Shown: positions 1 to 12,353 of the stretch, piece by piece
Position numbering within the stretch: the stretch's first letter is position 1
How the letters are laid out: each line of letters opens with the position of its first letter
NCBI RefSeq assembly: GCF_001447785.1
Contig: NW_015160876.1
Location: forward strand, 224,713 to 288,712
Source: Gekko japonicus
Taxonomy: Eukaryota
DNA: 64,000 nt
Reading direction: 5' to 3'
Notes under the pieces: model-generated
What the model was told of the DNA's origin: nothing
Databases searched by the model: none
The model's input: only the letters and a program-made list of their open reading frames with translations
Position numbers and translations under genes: made by a program

Positions 1-1039
1 TCCATTACACCTGTGGCAGAACATCACTCTAGCTACTTTAGATGTAAATCAGCAGTGCTCAGGGCAACCTGGTATGCTTTGGCTGCCACGGTTATGCTAA
101 TCTCTCTGATTGTGAAATCTTTTAAATCTCTTTAGCTTCAAAACTCAACCTCTTCCCATTTAATCCACTGTAAAAATTTATGGCTTTCCAAGTCTTATGG
201 ATCTAACGTTGGAAAGGGTTTCCAAACCACTGCTATGCATATGCAGTCTGTATTTGGCTTTTGGGGGCATTTTTAAAATAGGGAACAGTGAGTGACTTTA
301 TTGGACTTGCTCTATTTTAATTGGATCATTCAGGCAAGGAATAACTGTATAACTGCCCATTTTGGGAATGGCATAAAATCCTTCCAGTTGCCTAGTGGAA
401 GGGGGAATTTGCTTTTTTTTTTAAAAAAATCCAGATAATTTATGACTGTTTATGTAAAACATTTATATTGCACATTTCTAAGTAAAAGTTAGAGTGTACT
501 CTTAAATTTATGACCAATAAATAAATGATAATGTGTGACTGCTCAGTAGCAAATATTTGCATTATCTGGAAAGAATGTTATCAGACATGAGAGGCTTGCT
601 GAATGTTATCAGACAGTCTTAGAAGAAGGCCCATGTCCTAAACATACAGCTGATATGGGGCACATGGTTACAGTTTAATGCCTTCAGTGCTATATTCCTG
701 GTAGTATAGTTTACTTGAAATGGGTTTGTATACAAAGTCTGTATCCTCAGCTCACTTGGAAGTAACTTTGGTTAACACCAGTGTGGTTAGTACCCAAGAA
801 CACTCTGTGTATGCAGTCATACAAATTTACATAGAAGTGTTAAGATTATTCCTGGCATTTTTATGGGATGATTTGTCCCCACCCCCAACACACACTATGG
901 AGACTGAATGCTTACTTTTCTGAGCCTTTGAGGCCTATTAAATCTAAGGCCAACTGAGACTTGAATCTACATTTCTATGGTTAAAACCCAGCCCTGATTC
1001 TGGTCAGCTGTTAGTCACTGCAATAATATTTACAGTACT

Positions 1040-1240
1040 TGAGTGTTGAAGGAGCTTAATGTGCACTAACTGATTACAACAGCTCTGCAAGGTAGGTCAG
1101 TATAATTATCTTTCTGTGCAGATTTGGAGCTTAGTGAAAGGGTCTTGCCCATGGCTGGACTGTGAATTCTTGACAGACTGTTGGAACCAGGGATTTCCTT
1201 ATCTGTAGTTAAGTCTCTGGAGTCACTGCCCCACCCCAGC
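1040..1240 (-). mobile_element. Old MIR/CORE-like SINE remnant
   Basis: 'acaacagctctgcaaggtaggtcagtataattatc...cttgcccatggc...gaaccaggga' resembles a reverse-oriented CORE SINE; degenerate. Confidence 0.45.
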
Positions 1241-3558
1241 TTTCATTAGTATAGTAATGTATTAATGAATGCAGTCTCTCTTGGGTTTATCAGTTCTATT
1301 ATGAAGGCCAGCCTCGGGGGATGTAGGTAAGGAAGTTTGTTCTCTTTCCTGTTGTAGTGCAGCCCCAATGTTCTCATCTGTCACCAGATAGTCTCACTTT
1401 CAGGGGCACATCTTTGTGATACTTGCAGTTGCCCAAAAAGAGACCCACCTATTTTCGGAAATCAGGTGAACTTACAAAAATAAGTGGTTCTGGTCTGTGT
1501 CATGTTATCCAGTCTGAATCAAGGAGGGAATAAAACTTCATTTGGAGAACAAACTGAGCTCTTCCTCTCCAGAGGGCTAAGGTGGTAGTACTACAACCTG
1601 CGGATCTCTGTTTCCATTACTTAACCAGTTTAATGTTGCTACTGAATGAAGGGCCAGTGATGGTTTGTACATGGGAATGAACTATGAAGTTGGGTGGCCT
1701 TGGTCAAGTCATACTCTCAGCCTAAACTCCATTGCAGGGTTGTTGTGACATTAAATGTTCTTTGGAAAGAAGAGTCACATACAAATGTACAATTATTCTT
1801 AAAAACAATGGACTTGTAAGGTAGCTTTCTTTCTTTTTTTTTCGCTTGGGGCCTTGCATCCTGGGGCAATCAGGTAATTCCTGAATCAGGAAGGCTCTTT
1901 GTGCCCAGTCTAGCATTGTGCAATTGATTTCTGTCAGAGCTGTCTGCATTATTGTGCTGGTTCCTTTTAGAATGTTCTTGACTTCTTACAGTCCAAAACA
2001 GCTTGTTTCTTCATGTGATCTCATTCCTTTGTAAAGGATCCCATTGAGAAAATCTCATGCTGGCCTCACAAGCCTTCACCTCACTCTGTGAAGTGCTGCT
2101 GAGGGGATAGAAACTGCTGTGGAATAAGCAGGTGTGCGGGTGGTGCACAGGTACAGGGGCTGTGTGGCAAAACAAGCTGCTTTTTGACTGTGTATGAGCT
2201 GGCCCCCTAGAGGTCATTGCAACCATGTAAGGCATAAAGTACTGCCTGCAATTTGTGAGCAGATGCAGTGCATTAGTGACCACATTATTTAAGCTATAGT
2301 AATCATGCTTCATAATTAAAAGATGGGTTGTGAGCCTCCAAGACAATTGCAATCATGATAATAGGTATGTAAATAGCAGTCCTACTTCTTAATGTATTTT
2401 CTTCCTATTTGACTTTGTAGGCTGCTCTGTACCATTACAACAGGTTTTTTTGTTCCTGCTTGTTATGAAACAACAGGTTGACCGGCACAAAATGGGGCAG
2501 CAGCATTGCCATATTCATGTCTACTAAGAGGGTGTTGCCTATTTTGTTTAGTTTTCCATTTCTGTTTGAGAGTGATTGTGTTGAGTTTTAAAATGTTTCC
2601 CATTTATACTAATTATTCTGAGCTGTGTGTTGCCTTAGATTTCCCACTGACAAATTCTGGCAGTGATTGCCTACCTCATGGCCAATAAAAATGCTCCATG
2701 AATTGTCTTTATGCTTGCTGCTCTTCAGCTGTACTTCCAAGTAACTTTGAAGTATGATTTGCCAGCTGAAAATGTCAAGTCGGGTGGGAAGTGAGCTGTA
2801 AGCTATGGTCTCCATGTCTTGTGGAGAGAGATTAGATCCCCTTGGCTGTGGCAGTGCAGAAACAAAAACTACAAAGTACTCCCCCCGCCCCACATAGCAA
2901 CAGAATATACCCTTTGAATTACTCTCAAGGACCTGTTGGAAGTCATATAAGTTCCCTGAACATCTAGTTCCTTAGCCAAGGAACCAGGAGTAACTTGCAT
3001 AGATAAAAGGGATTTCCATCAGCAGACTTCTTCCACCTCCTGCTGTAGCCCCAAATGCTTCCTGAAATGCTGTTTCTGGTGGGCAGGTGACTCTGACTCC
3101 AAGTATGGGAGTCTGCAGCAACAGAAATGCTTGAAATCTCTCCCCTTCTGTTTGTTGGAATCCTCTGCTAGAACCAAGACGCAAATGCTGTGAACTTACA
3201 GTGCAAGAGTAGACTCAAGGCTCAAAGTTTCTCCTCAACCACAGGTTTCACAGATGATTTTGGCTATATCACTTCTGTTTGACTGTTGATCAATATGCAT
3301 AGACTGAACTTTGCGGAGATCCTGCTAAGTGTCAGTCAATGGAAATTTAAGTGATTTTGAGAAAAGCGCCAACACTTGAATTCATAATAGAAACCATTTC
3401 CAAGTGTTAAGGAGGTCTGTCATAAAGCACACTTCACTGGAACATTCCACAGTCTTTGTAGGAATTCCCACAATTTCTGACTCCAAAGAGTGTCGTATGT
3501 ACTGTTTTAGTATAAAATGCATGCACTCTTATAACTTCTCCTTGTCTTTCCCCCCCAG

Positions 3559-3947
3559 TGGATTAACGCACGAATCTCACAAAAAAGATGTTGAACAGGT
3601 CTACCTTCGCTGTTCTGAAGGAGCCATAGAATGGATGTATCCCACAGGAGCATTGATAATCCACCTGCGACCTAATGTTTTCCCTTCCTCTTCCAAATAT
3701 TGGACTGTTTGCATAAAACCCCTTAAAGACTCTGCAGGAACAAATATTTATTTGGAAAGAACTGGAGAATTGAAGTTACTGTTCCGAGATGGAGACCATA
3801 GTCCCACTAGAGTGCATTGCTTCAGCTATGAACAGGGTGGACTCTTTGTTGAGGCTACCCCTCAGCAGGACATTAGTCGAAAGATTACAGGCTTCCAGTA
3901 TGAACTGATAAACAAGGGGACAGCATCAGATTTGCACATGATTTATG
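3559..3947 (+). CDS. METRNL: Meteorin-like protein, second coding exon
   Basis: Translates GLTHESHKKDVEQVYLRCSEGAIEWMYPTGALIIHLRPN...EQGGLFVEATPQQDISRKITGFQYEL, recognisable as METRNL. Pyrimidine tract + AG at 3557-3558; donor GTAAGT at 3948; ends in phase 1. Confidence 0.96.
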
Positions 3948-5699
3948 GTAAGTTGCAAGACACTTAACTATTTTTATCTCAAATGCTTAACGTGTATCCA
4001 AAACAAATGTGTAAGAGTAGTGTTTTTACTTGTTTTCTGGCAGTGGAAAGTTGTAGAGAAGGCAGGAAGGCTATGTATCCTTAAGCAACAACAGGTTCTC
4101 TTCTGTTGAGGAAGTATTCCATGGATGTAGCAAAGGCAAGACTTTTATTTTAAAAAGTGTATTTTAACTTTCACCCTTAATGGTCTTGTGTACTCCTTGC
4201 CCTCATAGCAAGTATATGGTCACCATTTTGCTTGTTCTGTTGAAAATGACAATGTGATGTATAGCATACACTCTCCCAGTTTGTTAGCTTGCTTCCTTCC
4301 TTCCTGACCTTCACTCTGTATACAGGTTAGAATTGCTGGGTAGGTTCCAAATCATGGTGGTTAGCACCAAGGTGGTTCAGAAGAAGGGCCATCCATTGTG
4401 AGTTTAGTACCACTTCACATGACAAACCTCCTGCAGGAGTATCTTTTCTGAGCAGAAAATGGTATATACCCGTATCTGAGAATTATGCACACCTGTTGTG
4501 CTGCAGGTATTTGTTGTGCTAAGAAAGGCAAGTTGTGTGACAACTACTGTTAAATAGGTGGCAACTTCCCATTGCTTTTGTTGAGCTGCTTTTCATCCTC
4601 AGTCCTGGTCTGCCTATTTGCTGATCTTTTTGCTCTTTTATGTTCCCCCTCGAGTAGGGTCCATCTTGCTTTCAGAATTGTGAGCATACAGTGATATCAT
4701 CTAAATGTGTATGTGTTGCTTAATATTTCTCACACATAGACATTGTCAAACTATTTCTTTACGAAGATTTGCGTCTTTATGCTGTCATCTTTCACTCTGA
4801 AAATTGTGTTGAGCTTGCAGATTGTCCAGAAAATTACTGATGTTGATCGTACAAATAAGAGAATCCTATAGCACTTAACTTTTATAGTAAGTGTGGTTAG
4901 AGTTAAGAGACTTTGTACACTTTTAGACAAATCCATTTATTGGGCATTTTTGCAGAGACAGGCTGACATGGTTGTCTTCAGTAAGTAGTTTTCAGAGGCC
5001 AGACTTGGTGCTTTTCGAGAACAGCTGATATTGCTTGATTTTTTTTTCATGGGGTAGAATGAAAATAATTTTGCGACATCATTTAACAAACTTCTGCAGT
5101 GGGCTGTTTTTTAAAGGCAGCATCCATTCATGTGTCAAGAACTCCTTATCCTTGACAAGTGGGAGATCTTCTGTTCTTCAAAGTAATTGTCACTTTCTGT
5201 ATGTCAGTTCAATGGGACTGTGGCTATAGATGTCTGCTATTGGTGACCTTGTTATGGTTGCTAATCTGTTTCAGCTGGTACATGTAACTGCAACACCTTC
5301 AGTAGCTGATAGGTGGCACATTTGTTATTACAACTATCTCATAACAGTTTTGTTGCAGTGCCTTCCCTAGTCTTCTAAAGTTGGCTATCTTGTAATCTTG
5401 AATGTTTCTCCAAGGACTTCAGTCAACTCTGATGCTACCTCAAAGGAAATCAGTTTTATCTAGAGTAAGCATCTTCAAGGGCAAAGTTCAACCCAAGGGT
5501 CACTTTAGTAGCATACTGTGAGCCAGAATAGTAGTCAGTTATGTTATATATAATGTTCCTTCAGTGTTTTCTGTGAATATTTACAAATCATAGCCATTAC
5601 ATGTAGTGCACTTATTTTATTTATTTCTTCCCTACCCTCTCACACACATCAGGAAATGTAAATAGTAATTTCAATATCTCAATTTGAGTTTTAAAGCAT

Positions 5700-7075
5700 T
5701 GCATCTGCAAGCTCTCACCTGGCACAATTATTTAGGACAATTTAGTTGTTAACTACCTGGCCCCAAGGCAAGCAAAATGATAAGGAATTGGCTATTGGCT
5801 GTGAGGCACTCGTGAGCTATTTTGCAGACAAAGTCTTGTCGCTCCACCAGGACCTCCTGGCCACAGTTGATACAGTAAAGGGAACTGGAAGCCCCTTATC
5901 CGACTTCAGGTCCGATTTCGGACCAATTCAGTCGGCTCTCCCAGGAGGAAGTTGACAAGATCCTGGTAGCTGTGAAGGCCTCCAACTGCCACCTTGACCC
6001 ATTCCTGTCTTGGCTGGTCAAGGCCTGTGTAAAAGGTGTTCAGGCTCCCCTGGGGGATATCATGAGGCTATCCCTGTATTCAGGGATATTCCCAGTGGGG
6101 CTAAATGAGGCCGTGGTGCTTCCACTCTTGAAAAAAAATCATTTGACCCTGCAGTCCTTGCCAACTATTGCTCGGTTTAAAATCTTCCATTTCTGGATAA
6201 AGTGGTTGAGAAAGTGGTGGCTGAGCAGCTCCAGGTCTTCTTGGATGATTCTTCCATCCTGGATCCATTCCAGTCTGGTTTCCACCCTGGCCATGGGACA
6301 CAGACTGCACTGGTTGCCCTCACAGATGATCTGGATCAAGGTGGGCTGGCGCTGCTTTTTCTTTTGGACTTGACAGCGTTCAACATGGTTGACTATGATC
6401 TTCTGACCCAGTGCCTTGAAGGTGTAGAGATACGGGGGACTGTTTTACAATGGCTTTTCTCCTTTCTCCATGGTTGGGGACAGAGGGTGGCACTCAGGGA
6501 GAGGATGTCTCCGTGATACCCACTGGAATACAGAGTGCCCCAGGGGAAATCATTCCTCCAGTGTTGTTTAACATCTAAATGTGCCCCCTCACCCAGTTGG
6601 TCCAGGGGTTTGGGCTGGGTTGCCATCAGTATGCTGATGACACCCAGCGTTATCTGCTGATGGATGGACAGACTCCACCCCAGATACTCTGGACAGGGCA
6701 TTAGGAGCCATGGCTGGATGGTTACAGCAGAACTGGCTGAAATTAAATCCAATGAAGGTGGAGGTCCTGTACCTGAGTCATGGAGGCTTGGGATTAGGTA
6801 TCCATCTCCCAACGTTTGGTGGGACACCGTTGATGCCAGCGCTGAGGGTGAGGAGAATTGGGGTGATCCTGGATGCCTCACTTTCGATAGTGGCCCAGGT
6901 GCCCCCTGTTGCCAGGTTGGCCTTTTATCTCTTTCGGCTGGTCAGGCAACTGGTTCCCTATCTCACCTCCTGGGACTTAGCTACAGTGATCCATGCAATG
7001 GTCACTTCCAGGCTGGAGTACTACTAGCTCTATGTGGGGATGTCCTTGAACTTGACCTGGAAACTGCATCTAGTG
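5700..7075 (+). mobile_element. L2-clade LINE, degenerate RT region
   Basis: Frameshifted ORFs give LDPFQSGFHPGHGTQTALVALTDD, LDLTAFNMVD, YADDTQ, LKLNPMKVEVL and VTSRLEY; same family as 47550-50620. Confidence 0.85.
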
Positions 7076-7322
7076 CCTTTCGCTACCCGAAGGAGTCTCA
7101 GAGCAGCTTACAGTCCCCTTTCCCCTCCCCACAACAGACACCCTGTGAGGTAGGTGGGGCCAAGAGATCTCTCTGGAGAACTGCTCTTGAGCAAACAGCT
7201 CTGAAAGAACTTGTAACTGATCCAAGGTCACACCAGCAGCTGCATGTGAAAGAGTGGGGAATCAAACCCGGTTCTCCCTGATTAGAGTTTGCGCTCCTAA
7301 CCACTACACCAAATTGGCTCTA
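7076..7322 (-). mobile_element. tRNA-derived squamate SINE (Squam3-like)
   Basis: Reverse complement starts GAGCCAATTTGGTGTAGTGGTTAGGAGCG...CCGGGTTTGATTCCCCACTC (A and B boxes), then a CORE-like body. Confidence 0.75.
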
Positions 7323-7367
7323 GATTGGATTGAAAACAGTTATATAGAGAGGCCTATAGCCAAAGAT

Positions 7368-7449
7368 GAGCCAAACGGAGATGAGCACTGCTTGAACCCT
7401 AGAGTGATTCGACTGGCCTTCGAGCAAGGGAAACCTTTACCTTTACCTG
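7368..7449 (+). mobile_element. 5'-truncated Sauria-SINE (Squam1)-type 3' fragment
   Basis: GGAGATGAGCAC...GGGAAACCTTTACCTTTACC tail; 11-bp TSD TAGCCAAAGAT at 7357-7367 and 7450-7460. Confidence 0.75.
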
Positions 7450-7484
7450 TAGCCAAAGATATCTGCAGACAAGATACTTTGTCA

Positions 7485-7665
7485 CAGGGCTCTTTTTGTA
7501 GCATGAACTCCTTTGCATATTAGGCCACACCCCCTAATGTAGCCAATCCTCCAAGAGCTTACAGAGTTCTTCTTACAGGAGCTACTGTAAGCTCTTGGAG
7601 GATTGGCTACATTAGGGGTGTGTCACTTAATATGCAAATGAGTACCTGCTACAAAAAGAGCCCTG
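7485..7665. mobile_element. Palindromic hAT-type MITE
   Basis: TIR CAGGGCTCTTTTTGTAGCA...TGCTACAAAAAGAGCCCTG; nearly the whole element is an inverted repeat. Confidence 0.8.
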
Positions 7666-7942
7666 TCAGATTTCTCAACTGTGAAAACCTCAAATTGCAA
7701 ACAAGAAGGAAATTTTCTAGCTTCCAAGCCTGGTTTTGAAATTGCCATGTCAGGAGACTACGCAGCTCTCTAGTGCTGCAGCATCTTCTTGGAAGAATCC
7801 TTGTAATTTGATGGAAGTAAATGTGACCCTGTGGTTCAGCGCCAGAAGTTCAGCTTCAGGCATATGACAAGAGATCCATAACCTATAAAGCTGAATGAAA
7901 ATGACCTATATTGTTATAAAGGAAGGACTCTGAAGAGGACAC

Positions 7943-8135
7943 CCTGATCTGGATGGCCCAGTCTAGCCCAATCTCATCAGACCTTGAAACCTAAGCAGGG
8001 TCCGCTCTCGTTAGTATTTGGATGGGAGACATCTAAGGAAGTTCAGGATTCCTATGCAGAGGCAGTCAGTGGCAAATTACCTCCGAACCTCTCTTGCCAT
8101 AAGTTGGCTTCGTCTTGATGACACTTTCCACCACC
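7943..8135 (+). mobile_element. 5S rRNA-derived SINE with RTE/BovB-type tail (5S-Sauria-like)
   Basis: gcccaatctcatcagaccttgaaacctaagcagggtc...gttagtatttggatgggagac matches the 5S internal control region; it is followed by ggcaaattacctc...cttgccataagttggc tail sequence. Confidence 0.7.
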
Positions 8136-8369
8136 AGCTGAGGAAGGTAAAGTGTATTGCAGTGCGGTTAGAGTTGTAGGTGCCCAGTCTGGGCTTAAAT
8201 TCGTATGCTTGCATTAACCTTGCCCTGAGAAATATGTGGCACTTCTCTCTTTCCCTTTGAGTATTGAGCCTGTTTTATCCCAGCTTCCTGTTTGTTAGTC
8301 TGACTTTTTCCTGTAGTCATGTCATGTTCTAATCAACAAAATTAATTCTTGTGTGTGTTTTTTATACCC

Positions 8370-9212
8370 TGTGGAGAAACGCTATTTTGTGCATGTAAGT
8401 TGGTGTGGGCCGGATAGGAGGAGGCCATCAAACTGGAGGTAGGCCTGGGCCTAGTCTCCTCCTCCCCCCCCCCCCCAGATCTCCAACCAGCAATCTGACG
8501 GCAGCTCCCTAGAGAGGACAGGAAGTCCATCAAGGTTGTGAGGAGATCTGCCCCAGAATGCTGCAGGAGGGAGAGCCAGTTCCTGGGCGGGAGACTGTTG
8601 TTTTTATAGTGGTCAGTCTGTGAGAAGTCTGAAGCCAGTCAGACTTTTGGTTGGAGTCTGCACGAGGCAGAGGCCATGTTGGGAGACATGCTGATCTAAC
8701 CTTCTCCAGTGGAGTGAAGTAATGTGCCTGCCCCGCAGACCATCTAGACAGGGTATGAGTGTAGAGAAGGGAGAGATGGAGCAGTTTTGTCACCTTTATT
8801 TTTGAGTCTTAAGTTCACTGTATGCCTGTAAATAGTTAAAAATTTTGAAATTAATCCTTTAAATAACAAAGGAGTGAGATCCCTCTGTACCACTTAGTTT
8901 CCCCAGCTGGTTGGGTATGCTAGGGGTGGGTCGGAGATTCCCTAAGGAGGAGAACAGGGGCAAAACAGCCACTTGCCAACTCTCCAGGGGAACCCCAAAA
9001 ATTGCCAGGAAGCCCCGAGGTGGATTCCTAATGACATGGGAGGGAGGTTAGGAGGCTGTCTCGCCTAACCAGAGCCCAAGAGCGGGACAGCGGTGTCAGC
9101 AATATCTGGAAGCAGTGGAGAAGAACTGCCCCTTCAGGTGCCAGGTCAGGCAAAGGAGGGGTGGGCAGAGCGGGTCCTGCCAGCCCAGCTGACGTAGGCC
9201 TATTCTGCCACA
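8370..9212. mobile_element. Solo LTR (843 bp)
   Basis: Ends TGTGGAGAA...TTCTGCCACA (imperfect inverted, TG..CA); exact 5-bp TSD TACCC at 8365-8369 and 9213-9217. Confidence 0.75.
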
Positions 9213-10699
9213 TACCCCAATGCCATTATTGAAACCTTCCTTTGTGTTTTGCTCTTTTCTTAAATCATCTGTGATCAAAGGTGTTTTTTTTTATTCTTTT
9301 CCTAATTCAGCAGTGATCAAAGCTTTACCAGTCATCTCATTAATACTTTAACAACCTGTTCTGCACCCCCAGAATCATGACACTGTGGAGTGCATCAGCA
9401 AACTGACAGTAATTGGCAGGGTGCTGGGGTTTCAGTTAGTAGACCCAGCATTTTATTAGTTTATACTCCTCCTCTCCCACTCAATCTGGGATTTGCAAAT
9501 AGAGCCATGAAAAACAAAAGTTCCCAAGCAAGTTTCTCGGAGCCGTGAATGAATGCTGCCCTGTAAACTCAAGTCTCTAAATCTATTGGTTTAGCATTTT
9601 TTTCCTCTTCCTTGGCAGTTCTTATTATTCCACATCAGAGAAGACATATGGGGACCCGCAAGAAACTTGCGGGAGCGGCCATCTCATCCCCCCACCTCTA
9701 CTTCTCCCCCTCTCCCCCTACTTCTCTCACACTCTTTGTTTCTCTATCCTGCACCCCTTTTCTTACTCTATCTCCCTTCCATGTCTGTCACTTCCTTTCT
9801 GCTCCCACCCCATCACTCTTTCTGCCCCTGTCACTCTCCTGACCTCCCACCTACTTCCTCTCCCCACCCACAGCAGCGGTGGCAGCAGTCACTCTCCAAG
9901 AATCATTTAATCATTTAAATATTAAATAGAATAAACTGGATGATTGATGGTGTTTGGGTACGTGAAGATCCTAGTAAATGATCTCCAGGACCATTTAGGC
10001 TGGTACAAAAGGTGGTGTTGGCAGCCCTTACTGTAAATCTATGGACTCAGCTCATCAAAGGGACTGTTTTAATTGTGGGATCATTTTTGTGACTCAACTA
10101 CCTACACAATGACTTTTTTTTTTAAAAGCCCCCAGTTGTGGGTGAGAAAACAGATGCTGTGACTCTCCCGGCCTCCCACTTACCTCCCAGCAGCAGTGGC
10201 AGCAGCCACTCTTTAGGAATCATAATGGATTGCCCAAATGCAGAGATCAGTTGCTCCTAGGAATGCCAGCTCCATGTTGGGAAATTCCTGGAGATTTGGG
10301 GGTGGAGTCTTGGGAGGATGAGATTTGAGCTTGGAAGCGACCTCAGCAGGGTATAACACCATAAATTCCACCCTTCAAAGCAGCCATCTCTGGCATCTGG
10401 AGATCTGATGTCATTCCAGATCTCCAGCCCTCCCCTGGAGATTGGCAACATTAGTTCTCCTGGAGGAAATGATTGCATTGGAGGGTGAAGTCTAGGGCAT
10501 TATATCTGAAGTCCCTCCCTGCTTCAATTCCCACCATCCTCCCAATATCCAGGAATTTCCCATCCTGGAGTTGACATTCCTGTCTCCTTCCCACTCAACA
10601 GCCAGCCTACCTTTATCTGTCCTTCAGCTTTCCATCTCCTTCCCCCCTGCAGCTTCTACTGAGGAAAACTATGGTCCTTCTCCACTGTGGGGACTAAAT

Positions 10700-10870
10700 A
10701 CATTATTCTTTCCTCCTTTTCATCCACACAACAACCCTATGAGATGGGTTAAGCTGAAAGTATGCGACTTGTCCAAAATCACCCATTGAGCTTCTACAGC
10801 AAGATGGGGATCTAAACCTGGGTCTCACAAACTCTACTCTGAATCTCTGACCATTATACTACACTGACTT
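10700..10870 (-). mobile_element. MIR/Squam3-like SINE remnant
   Basis: cacaacaaccctatgagatgggttaagctga...aaacctgggtctc...accattatactacactg. Confidence 0.55.
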
Positions 10871-11089
10871 TCTAGGGTGGCTGCTGTTGAACTGTAGCAA
10901 GCAGCCAGGCCTACTTGAATCATGCAAGTCAAGTGGTATCAAGTCTCCTAGAGAGTGCTGTTAGACCTAGGTTTGCCAGTCTCCAGGTGAGACTGCCGAA
11001 AATAAAAACAAAAGGGGGTAAAAACAGATATTGCTAATGATATTTATTTGTTAGCTAATGATGGGAACACTGGCTGGGGAAAGGAAGAC

Positions 11090-11200
11090 TGATCGGGAAG
11101 GCATGCCTCCCCTTTGCTTCCCCAGCCACCCTGCTGGGAGCCACACAATTTGTGTGAAAGAGCTGCATGCGGCTCCCAAGCCATAGTTTGGCCACCCCTG
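11090..11200. mobile_element. hAT-Charlie-like MITE end
   Basis: Ends gagctgcatgcggctccc...agtttggccacccctg, followed by ttctagg (NTCTAGAN-like Charlie target). Confidence 0.55.
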
Positions 11201-12353
11201 TTCTAGGCCCAGGCCTGGCTCCAAACCTCCTGCTATATAGCCATTAATATTGCAGAGGGAATCCTTTCCAATTCAAAATCCAGTTCTGCTTTTTGCATCC
11301 TCCCAGCCCCTGGCTATCTCTCACTGTCCATTCTGGAAGGGCCTAGAGCAGATTCCTGTGTGTGTGTGGGGGATTCAACCCTGCCTGAGGGTTGTTGGTT
11401 TTTAAAAACTTTTTTGGATTTTTGTGCAGACCCAGGGAATTTCCTGAGTCTGTAGAAAAATCTGTTGGGGTGAATGTGCCCCCTATCTGGAGAAATAAGT
11501 ATCTGTACGCAGAGGGGAGTGTTGAGAGTGAGATATACAAGTGGGGACCAGGAAGAAACTTGCGGGACTGTTATCCCATTCTTCACACCTTTACTTCCTC
11601 CCCTGTCCTTCTACCTTTCTCTCACTCTTTCTCCCTTCTGCCCCCCTTTTCTTATTCTCTCTCTCTCCCCCATTCATGTTATTTCCTCTCTCTTTCTGCC
11701 CCCTCATCATTCTTTGTTTTTCTGCCTCCCCACTATCACTCTGTTTCTCTTTCTGTCCTCCAGTCTATTACTCTCTCTTTCTGCCCCATCACTCTCCCAG
11801 CCTCCTGCCTGCTTCTTCCCCCACCCCAAGCAGCGGCAGTGCTCCTAGCCTCCTACTTGCTTCCTCTCCCCCCACAGCAGCAGTGGCAGCTTTCAGGAAA
11901 TCAGAGTGGATTTCTCAGCTACAGAGTTCAATTCACCTTAGGGCTGCCAGCTCCAGGCTGGGAAATTCCTGGATATTTGGGGCTAGGGTCTTGGGACAGT
12001 GAGTTTTTTTGTGGGAAGCAGCCTCAGCAGGGTATAATGCCATAAACTTAATCCTCCAAAGCAGCCATTTTATCCAGGGTAACAGTTGTAATTCTGGGTG
12101 ATCTCCAGCCCTCACCTGGAGGGTGGCAGTGGTAGTTCTCATGGAGGAAATGGCTGGTTGGAGGGTGGACTATATGGCATTGTACCTTGCTGAGGTCCCT
12201 GTCCTCCCTAGGGTCCACCCTAGCCTGAGTCTGGCAGCCGTACCCCCCACCCCCATCCCCTGCCAGTGGTCAGGGGGACCTGGCAACCCTAGACTTCTGC
12301 CAAGCCTGGGGTTGCCAATCTCCAAGTGGGACCTGGAGACCCCCAGAATTACA

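Noticed and set aside
385-410. TGGAAGGGG (WKG) as a possible end of METRNL exon 1
   Set aside because: No preceding Cys-Ser or signal peptide, and no GT donor.
3404-3558. N-terminal part of the 187-aa ORF as the METRNL start
   Set aside because: Intronic read-through: non-ATG start, no signal peptide, and a clear acceptor at 3558.
7960-8050. 5S rRNA gene
   Set aside because: Diverged, lacks proper ends and is fused to a SINE tail.
11392-12045. 217-aa and overlapping hydrophobic ORFs
   Set aside because: Translation of low-complexity CT-rich repeat.
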